64,000 bases of DNA, from IMG/VR virus record IMGVR_UViG_2513237251_000009. The stretch is one strand, 5' to 3'. The position numbers and the translations under genes are program-made. The notes below the pieces were generated by a model. The model saw only the letters and a list, made by a program, of their open reading frames with translations. It ran no database searches and was not told the origin of the DNA. Shown one piece after another: positions 1-8,989 of this stretch (position 1 is its first letter; each line of letters begins with the position of its first letter). This DNA is from a virus (Duplodnaviria; Heunggongvirae; Uroviricota; Caudoviricetes).

Positions 1-122
1 CCCGTGCCGTTTTTCAGTCATAAAAAAACCCGCAAAAAGCGGGCTCTTTCAAATGTCCATGTCTGCTATTCGCCTCGCGGTACAGCTTTGCGAAGCTTAC
101 CGGAATTGAAGCAGTTTTTACG

Positions 123-678
123 TCAAAAAGCAATAACTTTTTTCTCTATACCAAAAGCCATAACCATTGGTTTGTACAAAATAAATTCTGCCACCTTTAG
201 CCAATGCTCAATGCGTCTTTCACAGGTTCTTAAACTCCATTCCGGATGTGCATCATTCAGCAATTCAGCCATTTTGCGCTTAGTCATCCCCCGCCCCACA
301 TAACGCTGACTCAGAACATTGAGCAGCCCGGGATAACCTGCCAGTACTTCACCAATAACCCTATCGATTATTAACGCCTCTGAATCGGTACAATGTGCCA
401 GCCAGCTTTTTTGATTGCCGTTGATCATATCCCGCAAAAAAGCCTCAAGTTCAGGTTTGTCCAGACCCGCTTTTTTCATCCTCCGGAGCGCCTCGTTAAT
501 TGCCGTTTTTGTCAGCTTTTTAGAGGTCAGTAATTGGTTGAACATATTTCCCGTCTTACCGTCGCCAATATACGACCAACGCCCCCACATACGCAGTTTC
601 CCCTGGATCCAGACACTTTCCAGCGTTTTCAGGCGTAAATGCTCACCGCTTTTGCCTGTAATTTCCGGGTATATCATA
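123..678 (-). CDS. Putative late antiterminator Q-like protein
   Basis: ORF track 123..689 starts at GTG; first ATG at 676-678. Sits just downstream of rusA at the entry to the late operon; WGxW-containing region resembles recalled QuuD-type Q proteins. Confidence 0.5.
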
Positions 679-739
679 TTTATGCTCACTCACTTTCAAT
701 TTTGTAAATCTTCACGCCCAGCCGCCCACCAGAAACGAG

Positions 740-1045
740 CTAGCCGCGCACAATATTGATTTCATCAAACTGCTCGTCGTCTATGAGAAGTCCGGCATGC
801 GTCAGCGCATCCAGTGGTGCTTTCAGGATATTGTCCAGGTCACGACGGCGCTTATCCGGTGGCTCTGCAATAATCTTTATCGCCAGCCTTCCGGACAGGT
901 TTAATTTCAGCCGCTGCTGGCGAACAATAAGTGCCACATCCCGGCGATAACGCTCACCGGCTTTTGATACAAAATATGTGCTGCCACGACGTCGCCAGTA
1001 GGTGTTCACCGTCGGCGGGTAAGGCAAAACAAACTCTATACGCAT
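740..1045 (-). CDS. rusA: RusA-family Holliday junction resolvase, C-terminally truncated by a nonsense codon
   Basis: MRIEFVLPYPPTVNTYW...RRRDLDNILK matches the RusA family; 101 aa versus 119 aa for the copy at 50688..51047; TAG at 740-742 where the other copy reads CAG. Confidence 0.8.
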   Translation of the reverse strand: MRIEFVLPYPPTVNTYWRRRGSTYFVSKAGERYRRDVALIVRQQRLKLNLSGRLAIKIIAEPPDKRRRDLDNILKAPLDALTHAGLLIDDEQFDEINIVRG

Positions 1046-1057
1046 CAGTAACCTCTT

Positions 1058-2107
1058 TTACCCGAGCACGCCGGTTGCAAAGGCGTGATCAAGAAAACGA
1101 AAAATTAAATCAACCTGGGAACCATGCTTTTCTTCGAACGCCAGCGGATCCGCATGAAGCTCGTTGTGATGCTCCCGACACAGCGGTAGCGTGAAAATAT
1201 CGTGGGATTTTGTTCCCATTCCGCCCTGACCATGACCAATCAGATGATGAGGATCGTCCGCTGGCTTACCACAACACGCACACGGCTGTGTCTTTACCCA
1301 GCGTGTGTATTTCTCATTTACCCAGCGGCGACGTTTAGGTCGTTTCATGAAGGATTCCGGAGACTCCGGATCAACGGCAATGCTGACCACCGTCTTTTCC
1401 TGTGGTGGGTTCTGTTGCTGGTGGGTGTGAGGCGGTAGCGCAATATTTTTTGTGCGCTGCTTCAGTATGCTGGTGGCGGTCTGTTCTCCCGGTATGATGT
1501 CGCTTTCACGGTATACGGAGCGGATTTTTTCCGCCGGTAATCCCAGAGAGCGACGCGATACTGCCTCAGGTAATGCGTCCACCACCTGATTGCAGACTGC
1601 CCACCAGGATAATTCAGCCAGCGATAATTCCCGCTCCTGCGTGCCATTCATTACATGGCGTATGACGTCAATCATCCAGGCTGTCAGATTTTGTTGAGTA
1701 AGTTGCTCAAGTGATTCGGAGGTCTGGTCGCGCAGCTGGTTGTCGCAGTGCCAGCACAACACCATTGCGCCAGCACCGTAACTGTGAATAACGGTTTCGC
1801 TGTGATGATAATCGCCGTGTGGCCACTGGCAGGATTTCACGTGACGTAATAACCAGTCAGACAGTGCACCAGCGCCGCCAGCTGCACGAATCACCCGCTC
1901 ATCGCTGAAAAATGGCAGCAGTGATTTATCTTCCGCCAGCGGCTGGCGAACAGCAGGAACCGCTCCAGATGGCAGCGCCCGCATGTTTTTCGGTTCCGGC
2001 TCCACCAGCACCCTGCCGCGATGAAAAACTGGCAATGATTCACGACCGGGCTTAAGGACCACCAGCCCGAGTTCCGGAACCAGAACAGGTCGAAGTAATA
2101 CCCGCAC
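1058..2107 (-). CDS. DUF968/YdfU-like nin-region protein with C-terminal Cys/His HNH-like motif
   Basis: ORF track 1058..2161; start set at GTG 2105-2107 by analogy with the paralog 51060..52109; CACCGK...HHLIGHG...CREHHNELH motif. Confidence 0.6.
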   Translation of the reverse strand: MRVLLRPVLVPELGLVVLKPGRESLPVFHRGRVLVEPEPKNMRALPSGAVPAVRQPLAEDKSLLPFFSDERVIRAAGGAGALSDWLLRHVKSCQWPHGDYHHSETVIHSYGAGAMVLCWHCDNQLRDQTSESLEQLTQQNLTAWMIDVIRHVMNGTQERELSLAELSWWAVCNQVVDALPEAVSRRSLGLPAEKIRSVYRESDIIPGEQTATSILKQRTKNIALPPHTHQQQNPPQEKTVVSIAVDPESPESFMKRPKRRRWVNEKYTRWVKTQPCACCGKPADDPHHLIGHGQGGMGTKSHDIFTLPLCREHHNELHADPLAFEEKHGSQVDLIFRFLDHAFATGVLG

Positions 2108-2108
2108 A

Positions 2109-2381
2109 TTACCTCCAGACGCGCTGACGGTAGCAGGCATGTGTCCGTGGCAGATGTGCACGAACAGGAAGATATACAGAAACGGTCCAGGTCAGACGAT
2201 CAGCGTTCAGACTCCGCTCCACACGGACACCGCGACGCAGATACGCCTCTTGAAGCATATCTGCCTCATCGATCGTACAGAACAGATAGTGAAACCAGCC
2301 ATACTGAGGCGCACGAAAACGCCTCCCCTGCTTAATTTCCGGGTCGGCTTCAGAATTGTGGGATTTTATGTGTTGTGTCAT
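2109..2381 (-). CDS. Hypothetical nin-region protein
   Basis: 90-aa ORF abutting the DUF968 gene; C-terminal ...RQRVWR shared with the 119-aa ORF at 52111..52470. Confidence 0.4.
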   Translation of the reverse strand: MTQHIKSHNSEADPEIKQGRRFRAPQYGWFHYLFCTIDEADMLQEAYLRRGVRVERSLNADRLTWTVSVYLPVRAHLPRTHACYRQRVWR

Positions 2382-2461
2382 CGGATTCTCCGGTGACAGC
2401 AGGTGTCAGTTGTTCAGGCTGACTGCGCGAATTGTAAGGCAATACGCCGGAATGTACAAAC

Positions 2462-2492
2462 AGAAAACCCGTCAGTAAGACGGGCTTAACAA
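2462..2492 (-). terminator. Rho-independent terminator downstream of the YgiW-family gene
   Basis: Hairpin CCCGTCTTACTGACGGG followed by a T-run on the minus strand. Confidence 0.5.
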
Positions 2493-2502
2493 GCAGGGGC
2501 GG

Positions 2503-2847
2503 TTACTTTAATAATTTCAGTGCCTTTACATCAACTTCAACACTGCTCAGGTCTTTATCAATTTCACCCTCAATTCTTACTTTGTCTTTCGGAGAAACAT
2601 TCTGCCCGGCCCATACGCTGTCATCAATATCCGTGACAATTGTCCCGCTATTGTCACGAAACTCATAACGTTCATCACCCACTTTTTTAACGATGCTCCC
2701 TTCAAGGATAACCCATGCATCATCCTTCAGTTCTTTTGCCTGCGCTACTGTTGAACGCTCTGCTTCTGGCCCCTGGAAACCACCCTGCTGTGCAAAAGCG
2801 CCAAAAGACACACCGGAAATAAGTGCTGCAATCAATACCTTTTTCAT
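2503..2847 (-). CDS. YgiW/YdeI (BOF, OB-fold) family periplasmic stress protein; moron
   Basis: Signal peptide MKKVLIAALISGVSFGAFA, then the pattern recalled for YgiW-family proteins (TVAQAKELKDDAWVILEGSIVKKVGDERYEFRDNSGTI); own terminator; no equivalent in prophage 2. Confidence 0.8.
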   Translation of the reverse strand: MKKVLIAALISGVSFGAFAQQGGFQGPEAERSTVAQAKELKDDAWVILEGSIVKKVGDERYEFRDNSGTIVTDIDDSVWAGQNVSPKDKVRIEGEIDKDLSSVEVDVKALKLLK

Positions 2848-2966
2848 TCATAGTCCTCTTTCAGAGATGAACATTCAAACAGCATTTTCAGTATGGTAAA
2901 GCGCGGGTGCGTTGAGGATGCCTGACACATCAGAGGTGGCGGGAGATTACTCCCCCGCCTGGTCTC

Positions 2967-3122
2967 TTACTTCTCAGATTCGTAGTCTACGAAGACAGCG
3001 ACCTCCGTCTGACCGGTTCGGATTCGCACCTCGCAGAGGTCTTTCCTCGTTACCAGTGCCGTCACTATGACGGTTAAACAGATGACGATCAGGGCGATTA
3101 ACATCGCCTTTTGCTGCTTCAT
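2967..3122 (-). CDS. Hok/Gef-family type I toxin, hokD-like
   Basis: MKQQKAMLIALIVICLTVIVTALVTRKDLCEVRIRTGQTEVAVF... (51 aa from ATG 3120-3122); the ORF-track 70-aa frame includes the upstream mok-like extension. Confidence 0.85.
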   Translation of the reverse strand: MKQQKAMLIALIVICLTVIVTALVTRKDLCEVRIRTGQTEVAVFVDYESEK

Positions 3123-3400
3123 AGCCTGCTTCTCCTTGCCTTTCGGCACGTAAGAGGCTAACCTACATGTGTTCAGCATGGATTGAGCCTCAGATTAATG
3201 TTAAGCGTCTTGCAGGACGCGTAATGTTAACTGGGGCTTTTCTCTATCTGCCGTTGGTGTTCATGCCCGAGGCAGATAGCCTCAAGCACCCGCAGCAATT
3301 CTACTTAACTATCCTTTTCCCGCAAACCGTTTTTATCCCCAGCGGCAAATCGAATACACCACCAGCGCCACCGCCATCGCAATTCCTACCGTTGTGAATG
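3123..3400 (-). promoter_or_regulatory. hok mRNA leader with mok overlap and expected sok antisense region
   Basis: About 400 bp conserved at nucleotide level with 52713..52950 in prophage 2; plus-strand ORFs here are taken as non-coding structure. Confidence 0.5.
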
Positions 3401-3412
3401 CTTCAGGCCAGG

Positions 3413-3970
3413 TCATTGATTCACCTCCTGCGGCGGTTCTGGTAGCGACATCCAGTGGGTTGCTTGCCTAAGATCATTACCCGGACTAACTGCTATACCT
3501 CCGCGCCGGAACGTGCCTCCGAGATAGCGTGCGGAATATATTAATGGCCCAGCCTCGCTATCGATATTCATCGAAATAAGCACGTTCTGGCTCTTTTCAG
3601 GCATTCGCTCAGTACAGCTTATCCAGCCATCCAGAGTTATCGGAGATCTGGTTGACGTTTCCGAGATTTCCCGAAAATTGTTGGTTGACGAATTCTTATT
3701 TTCCCGAAAGTTTCCGGCCTGAAGCATGGCGACGCGGCAGGCGTTCCAGCCATCAGCATATGTTTTAGTTACACCGTCGAGATGGCAGGTAAGCAAATCC
3801 ATTTCATCAGGCACTACCATTGCTATCGGCTCTGCTTCCAGTGATGCCAGCGCGATACGAAACACATTAGCCAGCAGGCTGTCTGAAGACTTGTTATCGT
3901 GCGCCGAGTCGCTCAGGAAGCCTGTGATGTATGATTTAATCTCCGCGCGTTCTCTGGTAATAGTGCTCAT
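3413..3970 (-). CDS. DUF551-like phage protein
   Basis: C-terminal WMSLPEPPQE motif shared with 53178..53822 (WMPLPEPPQE); recalled as typical of DUF551. Confidence 0.55.
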   Translation of the reverse strand: MSTITRERAEIKSYITGFLSDSAHDNKSSDSLLANVFRIALASLEAEPIAMVVPDEMDLLTCHLDGVTKTYADGWNACRVAMLQAGNFRENKNSSTNNFREISETSTRSPITLDGWISCTERMPEKSQNVLISMNIDSEAGPLIYSARYLGGTFRRGGIAVSPGNDLRQATHWMSLPEPPQEVNQ

Positions 3971-3971
3971 A

Positions 3972-4190
3972 TCAGTTTTCCTTATACGGATTAATTTTAT
4001 TGTGCAGTGCGCTGAATGATTCCCATGTCACATCGGTATATAGCTCAATAACTGGTTCAAATGTCCTTCCAATTATCCAGACCAGTAATAGCGGGGATAT
4101 CGGTATCATCAACACTATAAACAGAATGAAAAACAGAAACTCTGTTGTTCTGCTCTTTCGTGGGTAATTTTTTTCTAAATAATGTTTCAT
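3972..4190 (-). CDS. Small hydrophobic protein, hypothetical
   Basis: 72-aa ORF with a hydrophobic core FLFFILFIVLMIPISPLLLVWIIG. Confidence 0.35.
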   Translation of the reverse strand: MKHYLEKNYPRKSRTTEFLFFILFIVLMIPISPLLLVWIIGRTFEPVIELYTDVTWESFSALHNKINPYKEN

Positions 4191-4317
4191 TTCTTACCGC
4201 CCTTTCGGGCGGCCTCCTGATGTTCTGAGGGTGCAGGAATCCCTCCGGTTAAGGATTTAATAAAAATCGTTTCTGATTTAAATCTTCAGTATTTAGTTGT
4301 TAGTTGGTTTATCGCCT

Positions 4318-4629
4318 TTATGCTTCAGCCTTATTTCGCAACCAGACACAAACCGGGCCATCTTCCGTATCATGAATGGAACCAATAAACCAGCCATCGC
4401 CCTCTGGTCGTTCCGGTTCCCATGCAGAAATATCAGCATCACACGCATCAAGGTCAGCACATCCTTCATCTCTGAAGCAGAGGACGTATTGAAGATTATT
4501 TTCCTCCATCCAGGCGTTAAACTCTTCCGTTGAAATATATTCCCGACCATCACAGAATTTTTCATATTCAGGATGTGTCCAGTAGCCATATCCGTCACGA
4601 ACTACCGGCATTTCTTTAATTTCACTCAC
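4318..4629 (-). CDS. Hypothetical acidic phage protein
   Basis: 103-aa ORF in the early-right operon orientation; no recognised family. Confidence 0.4.
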   Translation of the reverse strand: MSEIKEMPVVRDGYGYWTHPEYEKFCDGREYISTEEFNAWMEENNLQYVLCFRDEGCADLDACDADISAWEPERPEGDGWFIGSIHDTEDGPVCVWLRNKAEA

Positions 4630-4849
4630 TGTTAACCTCCTGCAACGCTACACGATACGCCTTCTTTATCCACGCCTTACTGCCATATAATTTCGTCTTC
4701 ATAATAAACACACCTGCACGACTCGCCGATATCCCCGGACAGGTTAACAGCACAGCATCCACCACACGGTTATGCTTCCGAAACTCCATTACAGTACTGC
4801 TGATAACCACCTGCCCCACCGGGCCGTAATCCTGATACAGGATTTTCAC
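4622..4849 (-). CDS. Hypothetical protein
   Basis: 75-aa ORF, 8-bp overlap with the downstream gene. Confidence 0.3.
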   Translation of the reverse strand: MKILYQDYGPVGQVVISSTVMEFRKHNRVVDAVLLTCPGISASRAGVFIMKTKLYGSKAWIKKAYRVALQEVNSE

Positions 4850-5127
4850 GCAGACACCCTCCTGTCGAAATAAACGTAGTTATTCACTATGCGCAGCGGC
4901 ATGCCTAATTTTCTGGCAATTTCCCTTCTTTGCATGCCTCTCTGATGCAGTTGCCGCGCCAGCTCAATATCACGCTGAGAATATTTTGCCGACGGGTGAA
5001 AATCACCACGTAACATCATGCTGATGCCCAGCTCCCGTGCCTTCGTTCTCACTGCCGCTTCAGTTCGTCCGATAAGTGCGCCAACGCTTTTTACCTTCAT
5101 CGTTCCCGCACACTGCCGGAGTATCAT
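4846..5127 (-). CDS. Hypothetical protein, possible helix-turn-helix
   Basis: ORF track 4846..5250 trimmed to the internal start MILRQ to avoid overlap with the upstream gene; basic C-terminal half. Confidence 0.35.
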   Translation of the reverse strand: MILRQCAGTMKVKSVGALIGRTEAAVRTKARELGISMMLRGDFHPSAKYSQRDIELARQLHQRGMQRREIARKLGMPLRIVNNYVYFDRRVSA

Positions 5128-5159
5128 GATTTCCGCCCGGCACCACGTCTTCCACCCAC

Positions 5160-5894
5160 TCACCGCTGCTGTTCTCTGGTGGCGGTAATATCCCGGAGAA
5201 TATCCCGGCACTTGTTCAGCTCCCGCAGCGCGGCGCAGACTCGCTCCCACTTCTGAACCTGACCTTTTGCCCGGCGCAGCTCGCGGTTAGCCACATGCAG
5301 CGATGGTAAAATCAGACCATCCGGATGCTTTCTGGTGAACGACGGCTGTGACTGCACTGTGACCGCCACACTTTCCGTTTTTATTTCTTCCTGTGTTTCC
5401 GCTTCCCCGACTGGTAACGCAACACCTGCTGGCTGAGGAAAGGCTTTACCATCCGTTTCCGTTATGGATGCGGCTTTCGGCTCTGCCGGTAAATCAGCGC
5501 CCGGTATGCAGTACCGAAATTTACCGCCCTGATTCACGCGAATCAGACGCCCTTTGCTGATTGCCATGGCCAGTGATGAATTCGCCCGGCGGGAGGTAAT
5601 CCCGAACATCAGTGCCAGCTCATCCGCCGTTTGTGGGCCATGATGTTCAATCGCCTCAGTCAGCATTTGCGCTGTCACTTTCGGTACCGGTGACACTGGT
5701 TCACTTTCACCAGTCTGAGTCAGCCACCACATCGACCCCTTGTTATCCGCTTCACCACGGCGCTTCAGTTTCCACAGTTCGTTGACAGCATCTTCGCGGC
5801 TGATTCCAAGGCGCGATGCCACTACCTGTGAAGAGGCTTTTTTCAGTGCTTTCAGTGCGTCAAATACGGTTTCCATTAATATTTCCTCCGACAA
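5160..5894 (-). CDS. DUF1627-like phage early protein
   Basis: 244-aa ORF paralogous to 54230..54999 in prophage 2 (shared ...[14 protein letters not shown]... C-terminus). Confidence 0.5.
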   Translation of the reverse strand: MSEEILMETVFDALKALKKASSQVVASRLGISREDAVNELWKLKRRGEADNKGSMWWLTQTGESEPVSPVPKVTAQMLTEAIEHHGPQTADELALMFGITSRRANSSLAMAISKGRLIRVNQGGKFRYCIPGADLPAEPKAASITETDGKAFPQPAGVALPVGEAETQEEIKTESVAVTVQSQPSFTRKHPDGLILPSLHVANRELRRAKGQVQKWERVCAALRELNKCRDILRDITATREQQR

Positions 5895-5909
5895 AATCGT
5901 TTCTCAGAT

Positions 5910-6452
5910 TCAAATAAAACCAGCTGCCTTCCGGCGTTCGTATTCCTGTTTCAGCCGTTCAATTGGCGTTGGCCCTTGCGGGTGTTTCGCCCCTTCCAGT
6001 TGTCGTCGCACTGGCGGAACACTCATCCCGTTACCAACATGCTTTGCCCATTTCGTCAGTTGCCGTTCCGCAAGTCGTTTTAACTCACCTTGCGTCATCT
6101 GGCGCTCAATCCCTCTGGTACGCATTTCGAGGCAGATGTGGTACAGCACAGGCTGTGGCCACGGGTATTTATCACTCCCGTCGTATCGCCAGGATTCATT
6201 GCGCCAGCGCCGGTACTCTTCCATCACGGCATCCACCGTAAGACCAAATGGATTTGCCCCACTCTCCGAAATCAGCGCAACAAACTCAGCCAGGTCCGGG
6301 GGCCACGTTTCACCCGCCCGGCAGCGGTCCATGCACTGACGGCACACCAGACGGATTTGCTGTTCAGTCATCGCACCAATCTGGGCAATCCAGAGCTTCG
6401 AAGGTGCGGCCCCGTTCTTCTGAGTCCAGCGGTTCGAATACACCTCCCCCAT
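5910..6452 (-). CDS. Lambda P-like replication protein (helicase loader)
   Basis: C-terminal region YPWPQPVLYHICLEMRTRGIERQMTQGELKRLAERQL resembles recalled lambda P; start uncertain (ORF track 6572; internal Met at 6452 or 6371); overlaps the O-like gene 3' end. Confidence 0.6.
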   Translation of the reverse strand: MGEVYSNRWTQKNGAAPSKLWIAQIGAMTEQQIRLVCRQCMDRCRAGETWPPDLAEFVALISESGANPFGLTVDAVMEEYRRWRNESWRYDGSDKYPWPQPVLYHICLEMRTRGIERQMTQGELKRLAERQLTKWAKHVGNGMSVPPVRRQLEGAKHPQGPTPIERLKQEYERRKAAGFI

Positions 6453-7407
6453 GAGCTCCCACAGCTTCCAGGCCGTTTCCGTTGCTGATAAATCCGTTGT
6501 CACGTTCCCACTGTTCGCGTGCAGCCCGGATTTCCTGAACTGCCCGTGATGCCGTGCCACCTGATGCTGCATGGCTTCCCCCCTTGCTGACTGGTTTTAC
6601 CTGTGCCCTGACGTGCTGCACGTGGCGGGCAAATTTCTGCTCCCACTGAACCTGCGTGAAAACCTTCCCCTCCGCCATCCAGTAATCCCGGAATGCGGCA
6701 AGCTCAGCAGGTGTAAATTCCGGCTCAGGCAGAGCCATACCCCACACTGCTGCCCGTTGTCGAAAATCCGGCGACGGCTGCCAGACAGTAGTCATCGAAA
6801 ATTTCCCGATCGGTTCGCTCAGGCCGTCCAGGTATTCAGGTTCGGCTGTCTGCAACGGCGCACCATTCGACTCACTGGTCGGAATACTCTCGCGCGCGTT
6901 ATGTGTGGGGTTTAATTCTGTATCTGTATCTTTATCTGTATCTTTATCTGTCGTGACTTGTCGTGACAGATGCGTGACACGTCGTGACTCATCGTGACAA
7001 TCAGCATTATGTTTCCGCAGCTTTTCCCGCTCCCGCTGCGCTCTCTTGCGCTCTGCCGGGGATTTTGCCGTTTGCGAAACGTTACCATTGTCCTCTTTCA
7101 GCACCTGACGTTTTTCCCATCCGGAAATAAGGTCACCATCCAGAACCCGCCCCTGCATTGCATGCAAAATTGAATCAATTACGTCTTCCGTCACATCAAG
7201 CGCACTTGCTAAATCTTCCGTCGTGACATCAATGTGACCACGTAGTGACACGCCGTGACATGTCGTGACATTTCGTGACGCGCTCACCAGAAGATGGATA
7301 TACACTGCCATCACTGTTGCGATTGGCTGTCCTGATACCCTGGCAATCGTTCGCCACTTGGGGTCATTTGGCATGTCATGCCACAATCTGAGCCAGGCAT
7401 TAGCCAT
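6364..7407 (-). CDS. Replication initiator, O-like, with intragenic origin iterons
   Basis: ORF track 6364..7413 (GTG); ATG at 7405-7407 with GAGGTG Shine-Dalgarno; contains two clusters of GTGAC iterons and a DKDT tandem peptide repeat; lies upstream of the P-like gene. Confidence 0.65.
   Translation of the reverse strand: MANAWLRLWHDMPNDPKWRTIARVSGQPIATVMAVYIHLLVSASRNVTTCHGVSLRGHIDVTTEDLASALDVTEDVIDSILHAMQGRVLDGDLISGWEKRQVLKEDNGNVSQTAKSPAERKRAQREREKLRKHNADCHDESRRVTHLSRQVTTDKDTDKDTDTELNPTHNARESIPTSESNGAPLQTAEPEYLDGLSEPIGKFSMTTVWQPSPDFRQRAAVWGMALPEPEFTPAELAAFRDYWMAEGKVFTQVQWEQKFARHVQHVRAQVKPVSKGGSHAASGGTASRAVQEIRAAREQWERDNGFISNGNGLEAVGAHGGGVFEPLDSEERGRTFEALDCPDWCDD
6917..7000. repeat. Tandem TCTGTATC/TTTATCTG repeats followed by five GTGAC-core iterons (putative ori)
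   Basis: CGTGAC at 6952, 6962, 6973, 6983, 6993 with 10-11 bp period, read directly from the sequence. Confidence 0.6.
7221..7280. repeat. Second iteron cluster (six GTGAC repeats, 10-11 bp period) in the O-like gene
   Basis: GTGAC at 7223, 7234, 7245, 7255, 7265, 7275. Confidence 0.6.
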
Positions 7408-7475
7408 ACTCACCTCTTCTGATACCGAACTTTACCCTCGAACATCCGGAAGAAATCCGGCATGAATATTGTTGG

Positions 7476-7901
7476 TCAATGCACGACAACAGCATTACCA
7501 GGCTGACCCCCACTGTTAGTCAGGGTGCCCCAGGCGATCGCCGCTGCGACAAAATCATCCACATCTTTCACCAGCCGATCCCTCCGTTCGACGATCTCAC
7601 GGTAATATTCAGAGCTGTGACTGCGCATACGGGCCACCAGCAGAGGCGGCATTGCCTTTTCGATCGCCGGTAACAGAGCCTGCATTTTTTCAACTGCATC
7701 AGGGGTGTCTTTCTCTATCCAGCGGAAAATTTTCTGGGTATTGCGAGCCAGGGCTTCCGGATGGCTGTCGTCGTACAGTTCAGGAAACGTCATACCCAAC
7801 TCAAAATAAGCCTGGGTTATTCCAGCTGCCGGAACTTTTTCGCCATCAGGACGCGCCCAGGCATTCATCGCCATGCGGATGTGTTCATGCTTGATTTTCA
7901 T
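7476..7901 (-). CDS. YdaT-like (cII-position) regulatory protein
   Basis: MKIKHEHIRMAMNAWA... start and ...VVVH end resemble recalled Rac YdaT; paralog at 56757..57182. Confidence 0.7.
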   Translation of the reverse strand: MKIKHEHIRMAMNAWARPDGEKVPAAGITQAYFELGMTFPELYDDSHPEALARNTQKIFRWIEKDTPDAVEKMQALLPAIEKAMPPLLVARMRSHSSEYYREIVERRDRLVKDVDDFVAAAIAWGTLTNSGGQPGNAVVVH

Positions 7902-8127
7902 GAATCCCCCCTTGGTTAGAAGGCGGATTATGATCAGAATCGGGAATGACAACCGTCGGTATGTGTAACTCATATTTGAGCGCCCCGGCAGTGACTGCCT
8001 GAATTAGCAACGCCCATTTCCACGGAACGTCTTCCCCCCACATGCTGACTGTGGTTTTTGACGTTCCTAGAGCGGCGGCTGTTTTAACAACTCCGCCAAA
8101 ATAGCCTAATACTTCTGATTTTTTCAT
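7885..8127 (-). CDS. Cro-like helix-turn-helix protein
   Basis: ORF track 7885..8175 trimmed to ATG 8125-8127 with GGAG Shine-Dalgarno; divergent from cI. Confidence 0.55.
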   Translation of the reverse strand: MKKSEVLGYFGGVVKTAAALGTSKTTVSMWGEDVPWKWALLIQAVTAGALKYELHIPTVVIPDSDHNPPSNQGGIHENQA

Positions 8128-8218
8128 GAGTCGCTCCATAAAACTGAACGCCAAAAGTTTAATAATCAAAACCAAAGAAAGTCAAGAAACAAAACCATCT
8201 GTGTTTTAAAATCAAAAC
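8128..8218. promoter_or_regulatory. Divergent cro/cI promoter-operator region
   Basis: 91-bp intergenic spacer between divergently transcribed cro-like and cI-like genes; short direct repeats CAAAACCA and ATCAAAAC. Confidence 0.4.
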
Positions 8219-8857
8219 ATGAACAAGCAAACAATATCTGAACGCATAACCCAACGTATGCATGCGCTAAACTTGAAAGGCAAAGACCTTGTCAATGCCA
8301 CTGGCGCATCAAAAGGCTCCGTAAGTCAATGGATGAACGGTGGAGGAGCGCCGTCCTCGCGTTACATAAGTTCACTGGCAAAGATATTGAAAGTAAACGA
8401 AAATTGGCTTCTTAATGGAGGAGAGTTAAATACAGGTGATTCGCTTGATCTATCTTTACCGCCGATAAAAACGGTTCCGCTACTATCACTTCAGCAGGCA
8501 GCAAGCTGGAGTGATTATATGAAAAATTCCTCAATAACCTCTTGTGTGCAGCTTGTCGGAGAAATCCCGGCCAATACCTTTGCTGTTGTTCTAGAGAGTG
8601 ACAGTATGTCGACATCTGGTGGTGGAGTTTCCATCCCAAATGGTTCAACAGTTTTTGTTGATCCCGATCGAATCGTACAACCAGGAAATATTGTCCTTGC
8701 CTTACCCAAAGGGACCACAACGCCTGTCATTCGCAAACTGGAGATAGAAGGGCCGGATATTCTTTTAGTCCCCACGAATCCTCGCTACCCTTCAATTATG
8801 CTGGATGATCTATCTTGCATATTGGGAGTATGCTTTAAAATTCAACAAGATATTTAA
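8219..8857 (+). CDS. CI-like repressor (N-terminal HTH, C-terminal S24 LexA-like peptidase)
   Basis: ATG at 8219; N-terminal HTH segment (SERITQRMHALNLKGKDLVNATGASKGSVSQW) and C-terminal S24-like ...SDSMS... region. Confidence 0.85.
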   Translation: MNKQTISERITQRMHALNLKGKDLVNATGASKGSVSQWMNGGGAPSSRYISSLAKILKVNENWLLNGGELNTGDSLDLSLPPIKTVPLLSLQQAASWSDYMKNSSITSCVQLVGEIPANTFAVVLESDSMSTSGGGVSIPNGSTVFVDPDRIVQPGNIVLALPKGTTTPVIRKLEIEGPDILLVPTNPRYPSIMLDDLSCILGVCFKIQQDI

Positions 8858-8989
8858 CCAACCTCATCTATTTGATTAACTGTATGCCATCGTAGTGATG
8901 GCGTAACAGCTGCCTGCTTAAAATGTTTTGATAAAAAAACATTGACCTTAAATGTTCGTTTTTCTAAACTTCATTCATTCCCTCACCCC

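Noticed and set aside
3167-3397. 76-aa plus-strand ORF next to hok
   Set aside because: It overlaps the conserved hok mRNA leader and sok region; the second copy of this region does not preserve the frame.
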